Of a stretch of 52,734 nucleotides of DNA, positions 29,030-39,784 are shown one piece after another. Each line of letters starts with the position of its first letter. The stretch's first letter is position 1. This stretch comes from an uncultured archaeon (GTDB lineage Archaea > Asgardarchaeota > Heimdallarchaeia > Heimdallarchaeales > Heimdallarchaeaceae), in assembly GCA_964534625.1 (NCBI GenBank), contig CAZHRF010000018.1, forward strand, positions 1-52,734, read 5' to 3'. The notes beneath the pieces are model-generated. The model saw only the letters and a list, made by a program, of their open reading frames with translations. It did not search any database and was not told the origin of the DNA. A program made the position numbers and the translations under genes.

Positions 29030-29155
29030 ATTATAAAAAAGAAAGAAAAGATATAGCGAAATTTCATAACATTTGTTTTACCGAATCTTAATTTTTAAAT
29101 AGTCCTCGTTTTTAATATCACACGAACAATTAACAGTTATCATGGAGATAAAATT

Positions 29156-29383
29156 ATGCCAACATGTCCAGATTGTGGTGGAGAAATGAAATGGCGTCCG
29201 CCTTTCTACGTTTGCCAAGAGTGTGGTCTTTCATTCCGTCGTGGTGAGGTTGAAAGAATGCGCAAGAAGATTAAGGATGAATTTCGTCAAGCTATTGGTG
29301 AAAGCGATCAAGAAAAAGAACGTAAAGAGCGCAAGAAAAAATCCGACTATTACAAATGGTTAATGAAAAAAGAAGACGATTGA
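29156..29383 (+). CDS. Small CPxCG zinc-ribbon protein
   Basis: CPDCGG...CQECG then charged helix; GGAG upstream. Confidence 0.85.
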   Translation: MPTCPDCGGEMKWRPPFYVCQECGLSFRRGEVERMRKKIKDEFRQAIGESDQEKERKERKKKSDYYKWLMKKEDD

Positions 29384-29470
29384 TATTCAATTTATCCACA
29401 TACAAAAACACATATAGTTAGTTTCTTAGTGTCTACTAACAACACTAACATTATCAGGAGTTATTAATAT

Positions 29471-29728
29471 ATGACAATTATTGCCCAACATTTACGCTGT
29501 GATATGCGAGAAAAATGCGTTAGTTGTACAAAATGCATGATTTCACCTAAGGAAGAAAAAAGGTATTTTTATTGTCCGGGTTGTAAATCTGATATTCTTT
29601 GTGATCGTGGTCTCATACAGAAATTTGGTGAAGATCGTGATGGAATGATCCAAAAACAAAACCTTTGTATGAAATGCAATTCTGAAGTTGAAGAACGAAT
29701 GTGGCCTGAAGATACCGAACGTATCTGA
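29471..29728 (+). CDS. Small Cys-rich (9 Cys) metal-binding protein
   Basis: CVSCTKC, CPGC, CMKC; AGGAG upstream. Confidence 0.8.
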   Translation: MTIIAQHLRCDMREKCVSCTKCMISPKEEKRYFYCPGCKSDILCDRGLIQKFGEDRDGMIQKQNLCMKCNSEVEERMWPEDTERI

Positions 29729-29812
29729 AAAAGTTTATCCAGATTGCTTTGATAAATAAAATAACGTGTAAAGAATTAATAAAAGAAAATAAAAAAGTAG
29801 CAATAGAGTTTC

Positions 29813-31201
29813 TTATTCTTCTACATGTATATACAAACCAGGATCATCTAATAAATAGATTACTGCTTCTGGGTTTTCATCTAAAACTCTTTGTACTTCT
29901 TCTCTAAGGACAGATAATGGATCTTCTCCTTCTTCTTTTAGAGGTTGAATTCTAAATACAGTTTCTAATTGGTCGCCATCCATATCTGTAATCATTTTTA
30001 TATTTCCTTCGCCTACTGTCTTTAGTATTCTTAGTAGATCTACTGGTTTCTGGTTACCTATTTTGAATGTTTCAATGCCACAATAATTTTCTAAGACATA
30101 TTCTAAAGATTCTTGAAGCTCTTTGTCCTTACACTCTATCATGGTATTCTCATAATTGGCATTACCTACCCCATCTGGACAAGGAGCAAGCATCAAAATT
30201 TCTCCCTTTCCATCTTTTCTTACAGCATTCCATGCAGCATGTAAACCTTTACCTGCTTGATATAAGTTGATTCCCCAACTTTTGAGTCCTGTTATAACTA
30301 AATCTCCTGCTTTAGGTACTTTAACTGTCCGCATAGGTAAAATCTTCTTCTTTGCATCATTGTGTAAAGCTATTAAATCTCCTGCTTGAAGCGTAACAAT
30401 CTCTCCTTCAGTTACTAGGGCATCTATACCAAAGATGGTCACTCTTTTCTTTAATACTTTTACCATGTTTTTAATATCCGTAATAACAGGATTAGTCTCA
30501 TCGGCATTCCCCAGTCTACATCCAGGAACAAACCCTAATTCCTTATCAAACATTCGAGGATGATTGTAGCTTACTGTTTTACATGCAGCTATTCCAGGAC
30601 AGATTTCTTTAATTGTTCCAGCTACTCCAGCAAAATAGTGTAATTCGCTATCTGTTAAAGGGATAAGTAATGAACTCTCAAATGCTAGATTATTGAAACC
30701 CATTGGCGTACCCGCTTCACTCTCTCCTATAAACTCCGTTACATCTTTGCAAACATGTGGAATGACTTGGTTTTTATATTCTTTATAGATATCTTCTCCT
30801 ACGATCTTAGGATATTCTTTTTCATAAGGAGTCCTATGTGTTCCACAAGCAATTAAAACACGTATGTCATCTTTAGTTACACCTAAGGATAGAACTTTTT
30901 GTATAAGAATAGGAAGTAATATCTTTGTGTGTGTATTTGGACGGGTAGAATCGTCTACAGCAAAGGTTATTGGTTTACCTTTTTCATACTTTTCTTTGAC
31001 TAGTTCGTCAAAGCTCATATCTATACCCAAAGGATTCTGTAAAACTTTTTCAAGTGCTTCAGCTATTGTCCCCTCAAACTGCTTTTCTTTAGAAAATTCA
31101 GGTGGATTAAGAAAAGTAACATTATTTTTGAATGCAGAAGGAATAAATTCATCTAACATATCATCGCCCCAGCTTATTGGGGTATGTAAATATTCGGTCA
31201 T
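29813..31201 (-). CDS. larA: Lactate racemase LarA-family (nickel-pincer) protein
   Basis: DDSTRP, ACGTHR, HYFAGVAGTIKEICPG, NLYQAGKG, CPDGVG. Confidence 0.87.
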   Translation of the reverse strand: MTEYLHTPISWGDDMLDEFIPSAFKNNVTFLNPPEFSKEKQFEGTIAEALEKVLQNPLGIDMSFDELVKEKYEKGKPITFAVDDSTRPNTHTKILLPILIQKVLSLGVTKDDIRVLIACGTHRTPYEKEYPKIVGEDIYKEYKNQVIPHVCKDVTEFIGESEAGTPMGFNNLAFESSLLIPLTDSELHYFAGVAGTIKEICPGIAACKTVSYNHPRMFDKELGFVPGCRLGNADETNPVITDIKNMVKVLKKRVTIFGIDALVTEGEIVTLQAGDLIALHNDAKKKILPMRTVKVPKAGDLVITGLKSWGINLYQAGKGLHAAWNAVRKDGKGEILMLAPCPDGVGNANYENTMIECKDKELQESLEYVLENYCGIETFKIGNQKPVDLLRILKTVGEGNIKMITDMDGDQLETVFRIQPLKEEGEDPLSVLREEVQRVLDENPEAVIYLLDDPGLYIHVEE

Positions 31202-31324
31202 ATTATCTCAAGAGAATGATAAAATAACATATTTATATCTATTTCTTAATCTCCAAAAAATAGTTTTTTTGTTTAGAAAAACATTAGGATGAATTCCGAT
31301 ACATTGTTGTTGAGAACAATTATT

Positions 31325-32218
31325 TCATTTAAATGGTCGATCAATAAGTACATCTTTTATTTCTTCGGAAAGGTCATCTGCCATTTTTTTTAAACATTCA
31401 TCAATTTGAAACTTATACTCTGGTTTGTAGAAGTAGTATCCCAATAGCCAGAAATCACTCGAATCTTTAGTTTTGGCTAATTTTTCTAGAAACCATGCTT
31501 CTTTATATACTGACGTATCTTCTACAAAATATTTGAGTCTCTCTTCTTCATCAGGCTCCAATTCAGAAATTATACTTAATGTATGATCCATTAAGAAGGT
31601 ATCCATTAGATTACTAAAGAGCTCATGTCCATTAGTTTCAACTAGTTTTGGTTCATGCATAAATGAAACAGCTATTCCCCCATCTATATCGCCTATAAAC
31701 AAATCAGCAAAGATAGCGCTTTTTTCTTCCATAACAGATATTCTTTTTTTGATCGAATTCACTAACTCTAAAGATAAGTCTTTTTCTGTCAAATTTTGCG
31801 TATGTTTAGCTATTTCTGTTATTTTATTCATTATTTCTCTTGGTGGACTAAAACATTCTAAATTAATGTAAGGATGCAATAAGTTGTGTATAGCTTTAGC
31901 TTTTGCTATAATATATACATCACTATCGTGCAAATCTGTGAAAAAAACATATCTAAGTGGTTTATTCTTATCCGGTCCCCAAATTAATATTTTCACATCT
32001 ATTAAAATTGCATTTACTAGGTCCTCTTCATGACTGGTTGTTTCTTTTACAAAACTATTTAAAGCGCATATCATTGAATAAATCAATTCTTCTCTGACGG
32101 GTACTCTATCATCAGAATACAACGTTATTCCCAAGCCAATTTCGATATCCATGAATGCCATAAGGTTTATCATTGTTAGTTTCTTTATACTCATTACTTT
32201 CTTAATTCTTTCTGTCAA
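31325..32218 (-). CDS. Asgard-type longin-like domain protein
   Basis: FMDIEIGLGITLY...LIYSMICALNSFVKE; second similar unit FIGDIDGGIAV...LFSNLM; true start probably a downstream Met. Confidence 0.6.
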   Translation of the reverse strand: MTERIKKVMSIKKLTMINLMAFMDIEIGLGITLYSDDRVPVREELIYSMICALNSFVKETTSHEEDLVNAILIDVKILIWGPDKNKPLRYVFFTDLHDSDVYIIAKAKAIHNLLHPYINLECFSPPREIMNKITEIAKHTQNLTEKDLSLELVNSIKKRISVMEEKSAIFADLFIGDIDGGIAVSFMHEPKLVETNGHELFSNLMDTFLMDHTLSIISELEPDEEERLKYFVEDTSVYKEAWFLEKLAKTKDSSDFWLLGYYFYKPEYKFQIDECLKKMADDLSEEIKDVLIDRPFK

Positions 32219-32411
32219 AAAAATCGACCAGTTGAAGTTTGAACAGAATACTAGTTAGATTATTTACGATTGTTTAATCTATTTTGATGTTAGCAAAATA
32301 TTGATTCTACCGAAATTATTATTAGTAATCTACCATAGTTCAGATTAGTATAGTAGTATATGAATTTCAATGATTATATGAATATATAAAGTTTCGAATT
32401 AACGATGTACA

Positions 32412-32861
32412 ATGTATCATGAAGAGAGCGCAGGTATTGTTATTTATAATAGTAATGGCGAATATTTGCTTTTAAACTATGGTCGGTCTTGGAACTCCCC
32501 TGATCGCTTTGGTTTTACCAAGGGACATATTGAGCAAGGTGAGTCTATCCAAGAGGCAGCCTTACGTGAGGCTTATGAAGAGACAGGTATTCAAAGTCTC
32601 AGACTCATTCCTGGTTTCAAGCATAAAGTCACCTATTTTTTTACCCGAGGAACAACGAAAATAAAGAAAACTGTAGTTTATTTTATTGCTGTCACTGATA
32701 CAAAAAAAGTTGAGATTTCAAATGAACATGTTGGGTATTGTTGGCGTACGTATGATGAAGCTCTTGAAATGCTAACTTTTGAAAATACACGCAATATACT
32801 AATTGCAGCTGAAAAGCACCTTAGGAAAAAAAATTTAACTGTGGAAACTGATGGAGGATAG
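32412..32861 (+). CDS. Nudix hydrolase, Ap4A hydrolase (NUDT2-like)
   Basis: SAG, KGHIEQGESIQEAALREAYEETG, KTVVYF, SNEH. Confidence 0.92.
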   Translation: MYHEESAGIVIYNSNGEYLLLNYGRSWNSPDRFGFTKGHIEQGESIQEAALREAYEETGIQSLRLIPGFKHKVTYFFTRGTTKIKKTVVYFIAVTDTKKVEISNEHVGYCWRTYDEALEMLTFENTRNILIAAEKHLRKKNLTVETDGG

Positions 32862-32866
32862 ATAAA

Positions 32867-33439
32867 ATGTCATTACTAGAATCTGATATTACTCAAAAAC
32901 CCCGTGTGAGTAAAAAACCAAAAACATTTAATCCTTTAGGAGCCATTTTTACAGGAATTTTCCTTGGCTTAGGACATGCATATATCTACAGAAGCTTAAT
33001 TACCAGTCAATTAATTAATTTTTGGAGAATCTTTTCTGGTATTATTTTGGTACTTCTCTCATCTTTTACAATGGTCATAACGCTTTCTTTGACCTCAAAA
33101 TCCATCAGATTTTTCTTAATCATAGATAAGACCAAAACTAAACCTAGTATGATTGTTTCGAATACACTATTGTTTTATATAGGTTTAGTCCCAACTTATG
33201 GATTTGCTGTTAAATATACTACTCCTGCTATCCCTTTTTATTTTATCCTAATCGCCATAGGGGTATTAGTATTATCCATTGCAGGATTATTATATCTAAA
33301 TATTACCTTGCTTGAAGAAACAGGAGCTAGACTAGGTGATTTAATGGAGACAGAAAATCAACCTAAGAAAATACTATTGGTACTAAGCTGTTTTATTCCA
33401 ATAATATTATTAACTGTGCTCTTAGCACTTATAGCATAA
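32867..33439 (+). CDS. Multi-pass membrane protein
   Basis: About 5 hydrophobic segments. Confidence 0.8.
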   Translation: MSLLESDITQKPRVSKKPKTFNPLGAIFTGIFLGLGHAYIYRSLITSQLINFWRIFSGIILVLLSSFTMVITLSLTSKSIRFFLIIDKTKTKPSMIVSNTLLFYIGLVPTYGFAVKYTTPAIPFYFILIAIGVLVLSIAGLLYLNITLLEETGARLGDLMETENQPKKILLVLSCFIPIILLTVLLALIA

Positions 33440-33520
33440 TTACGCAAGATTCTATTTAAAATGGACAAATTGAGACACATTAGATTAGGTATTCTTCCAC
33501 TTAAATCTTGTTAGAAAAGC

Positions 33521-33566
33521 AAAAAGGTAAAAAGGTAAAAAGGTAAAAAGGTAAAAAGGTAAAAAG
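33521..33566 (+). repeat. Tandem 8-bp repeat (AAAAAGGT)x5 plus partial unit
   Basis: Directly visible between convergent genes. Confidence 0.95.
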
Positions 33567-33628
33567 TCAATTTCATGTTAATTCTTACAATAAATAAATA
33601 TTTGAATCTATGCTCTCCTCAATAAACC

Positions 33629-34009
33629 CTAATAGTCTATAGGTTCGTATCCTTTATCTTCTAGTTTTTGTTTTTCTTCATTTAAGGTTTTCACAGCTTC
33701 ATCAAATTCTACTTTACTGGTAAGTGTTTCTACTTGTTTTATTTGGCTTCCTCTAAAACGCCATAATTCTATAGAATAAAGAAATTCATCGGGTTCTGGA
33801 ATATGCAACCCTTCACGATCATAAATATAGCCGCTTCTTTGTCCAAAGCTCAGCATTATTACAAACCAATAATAAGGAGTGGAATCATCATCATTTGATT
33901 CTTCTTTAAGAATAACTGTTTCCTCTAATGTCCCACTTTTGGTATTTGCTGACAATTCGAGTTTTTTTAAGTTCTTATATACATCAGGGGGCAATCTACG
34001 CATCGACAT
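33629..34009 (-). CDS. Hypothetical protein
   Basis: 126-aa ORF; ending EEKQKLEDKGY loosely WGR-like. Confidence 0.7.
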   Translation of the reverse strand: MSMRRLPPDVYKNLKKLELSANTKSGTLEETVILKEESNDDDSTPYYWFVIMLSFGQRSGYIYDREGLHIPEPDEFLYSIELWRFRGSQIKQVETLTSKVEFDEAVKTLNEEKQKLEDKGYEPIDY

Positions 34010-34409
34010 TTTATCATTCTCTAAACAGAATACATATACTTTGTTTGACCAATTTATTAATTTTACTGATATAAGGCTAATGCAAGTATAACGATAGTTA
34101 CTGTCTAATTCACATCTTACTATTGTTTATATAAATCTACCTAAAAACCTATAGTAGCGAGGATATTTGAATAAAGATAGATTATTATATCATATACCAT
34201 CTCAATGTATTTATTTTTTCATTTAAATTTTTTATTGAAAAACATATAGCCGACATTAAACCTAAAACCATCCATAAACAACCTTAGAATTTTTTTGTTT
34301 TTCTTAGGTGCTGTAATGGTTGAATCCGATAGAATTTAAAAAGACTTTATATATATGTATATATACTGTTAACATAGATTGCAATATTTCCTTTAAAGGT
34401 GATAGATTT

Positions 34410-37004
34410 ATGTCAAATACCCATTCCTCTCTTGATTTAATTGTTGTTAATCTAGATTTCTTTATTGATACCGAGGAGTCTAATGGAGGAGAGGAACCTG
34501 TAATTCGTCTCAGGTGTAAAAATGATGCTAACGAAAATATTTTTTTACATGTTTATGGTTTTTATCCCTATTTTTACATTGACGATACGCCTAGAGCTAA
34601 TAGTTTGATACAAAGAATTCTTCCTAACGAGAAAGAATTTGGTCAATGGATTAAAGATCATCAGCCACACTCTAAGCGTACATATTATCGTCATCGTCCT
34701 ATTTATCTGACAAAGATTAAAGGCAGAAACCCTTGGGGTATTGCAAAATATAGTTCTGTTCTTCATAATAAAGGGATTAAATGTTATGAGAATGATATTC
34801 CTTTTGTGGCTCGCTTTTTAATTGATACTGGCATTAAAACTTATAACGCTATTACCGTTAATAACTTTCAGTTTATTGAAGAATCTCCTCATGGAGAAAT
34901 CTATAAGGTCGATTACGAAGATATTGAAGTAACATTAGACCAAATTTCAGAGTATACTCCCTCAGTTCTTGCATTACGAATATTTGTTGACTGCATCGAT
35001 GAAGGCAAGCATTTATCCCTCAATACTGTGCTCAAATATGGTAAACAAAGGATTATTGGCGCAAGTATCTGTTGGGGACAACAACGTTCTGTTGAAGGTA
35101 CAAAAACCTTCCTTTTAACTGAAGACAAGGATAATGCAGAAAAAGAGCTCATTTTATCTTTCATACAAACGATTCATGATATTAGCCCTGATATCATTGT
35201 AACATTCAATGGAAATAATTTCGATTTTGCTTATTTAATTAAACGCATGAGTAAATTATACTTAAATAATAATTTAATGTCGCTATATGAAGCTAAAATA
35301 AAAAAGCCCACCATTTTTTATGGCTACCGTATTCCCGGGTACACTTTTTATGATCTTCTTCGTCGCTCTAGATCTGTTAAAACTCGTTCAGGAAAGATAA
35401 GTTTAACTGACTATGCTTTTGAATTTTTACACGTTAACCGCAAATATAATCCTTTTCTTGTTAACCAAAAATGGCATACTGCAATGGACCAAGAAAAAAG
35501 TGCAGTTCTGGATAAATTAAAAGTAGCTATTGATGAAGATGCCCAGCTTATCTTTTCTCTATTCTACGAGATGGGCACAGAAGAATGGCTAGAAATCGTC
35601 AAATATGTGGGAATCCGTCCGTCTAAAGGCATTTATGGAACAGCTCGTCATCTAGGTGAATTTCAAATTTTGAGAAATCTATATACCAAAGGCACCCTTA
35701 TTCCCCCCGAACCTTCAGCAGAAACAAGAAAGATACGCGCCAGAAATAGACCTCAAGCTGTTGGTGGGTTTGTTATGACCCCCAAAGGTTCTTTGCATGA
35801 AGCAGTTTTAATTGCTGATTTCCGCAGTATGTTTCCTAGTATTATGGTTCAATACAACATTGGTGGAGAAAGTTTCAAAGGTATTACTTACCCCCCTGAA
35901 GAACGTTTTCATTCTGAGCCAACTACTGCTATTAAAATGATGGAAAAACATATACTTGAAAAACGCAAAACTATTAAAAAAGATATTTTTGAATTAGAAG
36001 CTTATTTAAACGCTTTTTCTGATAGTATAGAGAAAAAAAGATTGAAAGATAAACTAAAACTGTTAAAACAAAGATCTAGCGCGCTTAAAATTGTTGCCAA
36101 CTCCACTTATGGGGCTCATAATTATGTTGGAAGTCGATTTTTCAACACAGATATTTCCAATACAATAACTCATTTATCTCGTTTATATTTAGACAAAATT
36201 ACCAGATGGACAAAACAATGTTCAGACGGTAAGGCTGAGGTAGTGTATGGTGATACTGACTCTGTTTTTATCAAACTGGCTGATAAGGAACCTGTACTTA
36301 ACCTGATTTACCAATTAAAAAATGGAAAAACATTTTCATTGCAAGATGTGCCCGAAGGTAAAGAATTACTCGATTTCTATACTGATGAGTTACCAGAAAA
36401 TATCGACATCGATCTAGTGGACATTGCTCTTAGAATCATTTTTGCTCCTAAAACAAAGAAACGTTATGCATACCTTAGTGCTATAACTGGAGAACTAGTA
36501 ATAGTAGGGTTTGAAGCGATAAGAAGTGACACTTCACCTCTTGCTGCCAAAGTTCAACGATTAGCTCTCCAACGTATTTTATCAGATGGGATCTATTTAG
36601 GAGCGAAAAAAGTTGTTATCAAGACTTTACTTGATTTTCTGAAATCTGATAATGATAAAGAACACCTACTAGATGATATCACTATTTATGGGCCTGTTAA
36701 AAAAGATCCAAGTAAATACAAGAATAAAACTCCCGCCTATGTCGCCTTAGAACATTTTGCTCGGGAAAAAAACAAAAGTTTTAGAGAGGTATGGGCGGAT
36801 TATCAACGATTTCCTTATGTTATAACAAAAGGGAAGGGGGCCATTTCTTCAAGAGCCCGACATCCAAATCTTGTTAATTTGGATGAAATTGACAAAGAAT
36901 ATTATATTAAAGAAACCCTCAGAATTGTCCAAAGGATTAATTTAGATATCACTAGACAACATCTTGATGTGAAAAGTAAAAAATTGCAGTGGGATCAGTT
37001 TTAA
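34410..37004 (+). CDS. polB: Family B DNA polymerase
   Basis: GFYPYFY, ExoII TFNGNNFD, DFRSMFPSIM, KIVANSTYG, YGDTDS, KKRYA, GFEAIRSD; AGGTGA before ATG 34410. Confidence 0.95.
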   Translation: MSNTHSSLDLIVVNLDFFIDTEESNGGEEPVIRLRCKNDANENIFLHVYGFYPYFYIDDTPRANSLIQRILPNEKEFGQWIKDHQPHSKRTYYRHRPIYLTKIKGRNPWGIAKYSSVLHNKGIKCYENDIPFVARFLIDTGIKTYNAITVNNFQFIEESPHGEIYKVDYEDIEVTLDQISEYTPSVLALRIFVDCIDEGKHLSLNTVLKYGKQRIIGASICWGQQRSVEGTKTFLLTEDKDNAEKELILSFIQTIHDISPDIIVTFNGNNFDFAYLIKRMSKLYLNNNLMSLYEAKIKKPTIFYGYRIPGYTFYDLLRRSRSVKTRSGKISLTDYAFEFLHVNRKYNPFLVNQKWHTAMDQEKSAVLDKLKVAIDEDAQLIFSLFYEMGTEEWLEIVKYVGIRPSKGIYGTARHLGEFQILRNLYTKGTLIPPEPSAETRKIRARNRPQAVGGFVMTPKGSLHEAVLIADFRSMFPSIMVQYNIGGESFKGITYPPEERFHSEPTTAIKMMEKHILEKRKTIKKDIFELEAYLNAFSDSIEKKRLKDKLKLLKQRSSALKIVANSTYGAHNYVGSRFFNTDISNTITHLSRLYLDKITRWTKQCSDGKAEVVYGDTDSVFIKLADKEPVLNLIYQLKNGKTFSLQDVPEGKELLDFYTDELPENIDIDLVDIALRIIFAPKTKKRYAYLSAITGELVIVGFEAIRSDTSPLAAKVQRLALQRILSDGIYLGAKKVVIKTLLDFLKSDNDKEHLLDDITIYGPVKKDPSKYKNKTPAYVALEHFAREKNKSFREVWADYQRFPYVITKGKGAISSRARHPNLVNLDEIDKEYYIKETLRIVQRINLDITRQHLDVKSKKLQWDQF

Positions 37005-37768
37005 TCCATTAATTCATTTACATCTTCATCTAGAGGTGGATGTAAACCGTTTTTTTCCATTTTTTCTTCAAAAAGTAACGCGAGCAGATCATCAAGATGT
37101 TCTCTTTTTTCTTTTTCTTCGACCATTTTCTTTATAACATTCATGATTGATAATTCGCTGAATAAGAGTAATAAATCCCATAATTTTTCATCTATTTCCA
37201 GCTCATAATCGCTCTTTAGGTTCTCCATAGAGCTGTGTATTAAATCTACTGCGTCTTTCACAATTATTGTTAATATTTCTATTTTGAAATCAGTTTTATC
37301 AAGAAAAAGCTTATCACCAATTTTCCGGGCGATTCGTTCAACAGCACGTTCAGGTATAGGTATTCTGGCCTTCATATTTGTGGTGTCAACTTGATCAAGT
37401 GGTGCCCACAATAACACATTAATACCATCAGGTTGGTAGTTAGCCCGATAATACTTAATTGTCTTAGCCATGTTTTTTATTTTTTCTTCTCTTACGACAC
37501 GTACTAATTTGGATTTTTCTAAGATATTTAAATGATGATAAACAGCTTGTGGTGTACTATCTATTTTTTCGGCTATTTCGGATAGATTCAATTCTTCTTC
37601 CGTCAAGTGTTTGAGTATATTAAGACGCTTACTAGAGCCTAAGGCTTTAGTTATATTAACCGTTTCGCCTTTCTTTAATTTGATTATATTCAAATCTTTC
37701 TTGTCAGTATTCGTCTTTTCCTTTTTGTCACTCATAAAAGAACTCACTCTAAACTCTAGTAATTTCAT
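37001..37768 (-). CDS. ArsR-family winged-helix regulator with C-terminal helical domain
   Basis: KALGSSKRLNIL, LSEIAE, QAVYHHLNILEKSKLV, KYYRA; likely start MSDKK at 37735. Confidence 0.88.
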   Translation of the reverse strand: MKLLEFRVSSFMSDKKEKTNTDKKDLNIIKLKKGETVNITKALGSSKRLNILKHLTEEELNLSEIAEKIDSTPQAVYHHLNILEKSKLVRVVREEKIKNMAKTIKYYRANYQPDGINVLLWAPLDQVDTTNMKARIPIPERAVERIARKIGDKLFLDKTDFKIEILTIIVKDAVDLIHSSMENLKSDYELEIDEKLWDLLLLFSELSIMNVIKKMVEEKEKREHLDDLLALLFEEKMEKNGLHPPLDEDVNELMD

Positions 37769-37935
37769 TTGTTTATAAAGATTTATAACAATTATTATCG
37801 GTTTTTGATTTTCTTCTGCACTAATGATTTTGTAGCAAGATATTTTTAAAGAATCTTCTCTTTTCTTTGTTTTATCCTATGGGCTTATTGGTGGGTATTC
37901 TATTTATCTTATCTCCTTTTTTGGATTACTCACTT

Positions 37936-39666
37936 TTATTGCTCTCTTTTTCTTATCAGATAATCTTTTTGTAGATTAAAAGGCAAATAAATTACATCAT
38001 GATAGCCTTTTGTTTCAGCATAGTTTGAAATGTCAGGAATGAAAACCGAAAAGATATCATAATACTCTTGTGCAACTAACCTTGTGATATTATATTTGAC
38101 TGGTTGGTTTCTTAATGCCACTTCGAGATTTCTTAGATAAATATCTACTTCACTTTCCAGCGTTTGTGGAAGTGAAAACATAATCTCTTCTGTTTTTTTC
38201 TTCATTTTCATTATGAAATCATCTCTTGTTAGTTTGCTTTCAATTAGCTGTATTAGATTTCCAAGTAAATAAAAAGAGATTATCTCACGCGATTGATATT
38301 GTATAGTATCCGCCAATAATAAAAATATATCAGAATATACCAGCATATCTTTAAAATTCTCTTTTTTTAGATCTATTGTTAGTTTAATCATCTGTAATTG
38401 TCCATTTAGAGAAGGGTATCTTTTGATTCCCGCATCACTAAAAAAACACGCATATTTACATTCGAGCTCAAGCAGAGATTTATAGTCTAGTTGGTTTAAA
38501 GCGATTATTCCTTTGAAGAAAATCAACAATTCTAGTATCTGTCTTAATGCATCAGCAATTTGACTAGAAATAAATGCAGGATTTTTCATCATTTCGGTGA
38601 ATCTGGACAGAAACTTATCTAATACAGCAATTACTTCACGTTCTAAGTCATCTATTCGGTCTGTTTCTTCTTTGATATGAAAATCATAACCAATTTTATA
38701 GCCCTTTACTACAACTTTCGATAGCTGTAATTGAAGAAGGGTTTCTTTAAGTTCGGGTTTATTTAGGGGGTCGTCATTTATATCAAATGTTCCCTTCTCA
38801 ATATGACCCTTTAAATCGTCAATGTATTTTTGAAATTGATTAAAGAGTTTAAATATAGAACTAAAGAATTCATCTGGTGTACTCACATTGACTATATTTG
38901 AAGGTATAGCCTTCTTTACTGGCTGTTCATACAGATATCTCTGATTGCTAATTAGAAAGGTAATTATTTGATCAAATCCAGTGAATGTTGCTCCGTATAT
39001 GGAGTAATTGTGTCTTTTATTTAGCCGTTGTTCTAAACCTATAATTTTTGGTATATTCCAAAATACATCAACATATTGAAGAAACTGCGCTGTCGCCTTG
39101 AATCCCTCTTCCAGCCAGTGTATTAAATCATGGTCATAAATTGAATATAAGGTTGAGCATAAACTAAAGAAAAATAACATAGCTGAACTCAGATAATTCA
39201 TAATCATATTTCTTCTTTTTTCAAATTCAGGATGAGTCCAATCAACAAGGAGATGTTCTACATCTAACGTTTCTATTCCCATTAAGACTTGTGCCAGAGC
39301 GTGTGCAGTTCCTGCTATATGTAAATTACCCGCATCACCCCAAAGGTTCGCATACATTGAAGCAAAGCGCAATCTAAATAGTTCCAATTGATACCATTCT
39401 ATACTCATTTCGTCTTTATCTAGAAAACTTTGTAATTCGGTGAATTTTTGCAATATTTTCTCAAAGAATGTACTATATGCTTCTGAACTAATAAGATTTT
39501 CAAGAGTATAATTAACCATTTTTTGTTTTATTGTATCAATTTTAGCTCGAATTAATATTTTCTGTCTCGTTATTGAGGTTGATCTCCATTTGCTATTCTG
39601 AACAATTGCGAACATGTCTTCAATTTCAGCTAATATCTCCTTAAAATATCCTTTTTCTGATTTCAT
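37936..39666 (-). CDS. Large all-helical hypothetical protein
   Basis: 576-aa ORF, no recognised motif. Confidence 0.8.
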   Translation of the reverse strand: MKSEKGYFKEILAEIEDMFAIVQNSKWRSTSITRQKILIRAKIDTIKQKMVNYTLENLISSEAYSTFFEKILQKFTELQSFLDKDEMSIEWYQLELFRLRFASMYANLWGDAGNLHIAGTAHALAQVLMGIETLDVEHLLVDWTHPEFEKRRNMIMNYLSSAMLFFFSLCSTLYSIYDHDLIHWLEEGFKATAQFLQYVDVFWNIPKIIGLEQRLNKRHNYSIYGATFTGFDQIITFLISNQRYLYEQPVKKAIPSNIVNVSTPDEFFSSIFKLFNQFQKYIDDLKGHIEKGTFDINDDPLNKPELKETLLQLQLSKVVVKGYKIGYDFHIKEETDRIDDLEREVIAVLDKFLSRFTEMMKNPAFISSQIADALRQILELLIFFKGIIALNQLDYKSLLELECKYACFFSDAGIKRYPSLNGQLQMIKLTIDLKKENFKDMLVYSDIFLLLADTIQYQSREIISFYLLGNLIQLIESKLTRDDFIMKMKKKTEEIMFSLPQTLESEVDIYLRNLEVALRNQPVKYNITRLVAQEYYDIFSVFIPDISNYAETKGYHDVIYLPFNLQKDYLIRKREQ

Positions 39667-39784
39667 CTCAACCTATAGTTATTTCTATTTGGGTACAATA
39701 AATCTTTTTGTCTTATTTTTTTTATACTAAATGCATAATTTTTTTTATAATAATAATAATCTTGTAAACATCAATAGTGATTCT

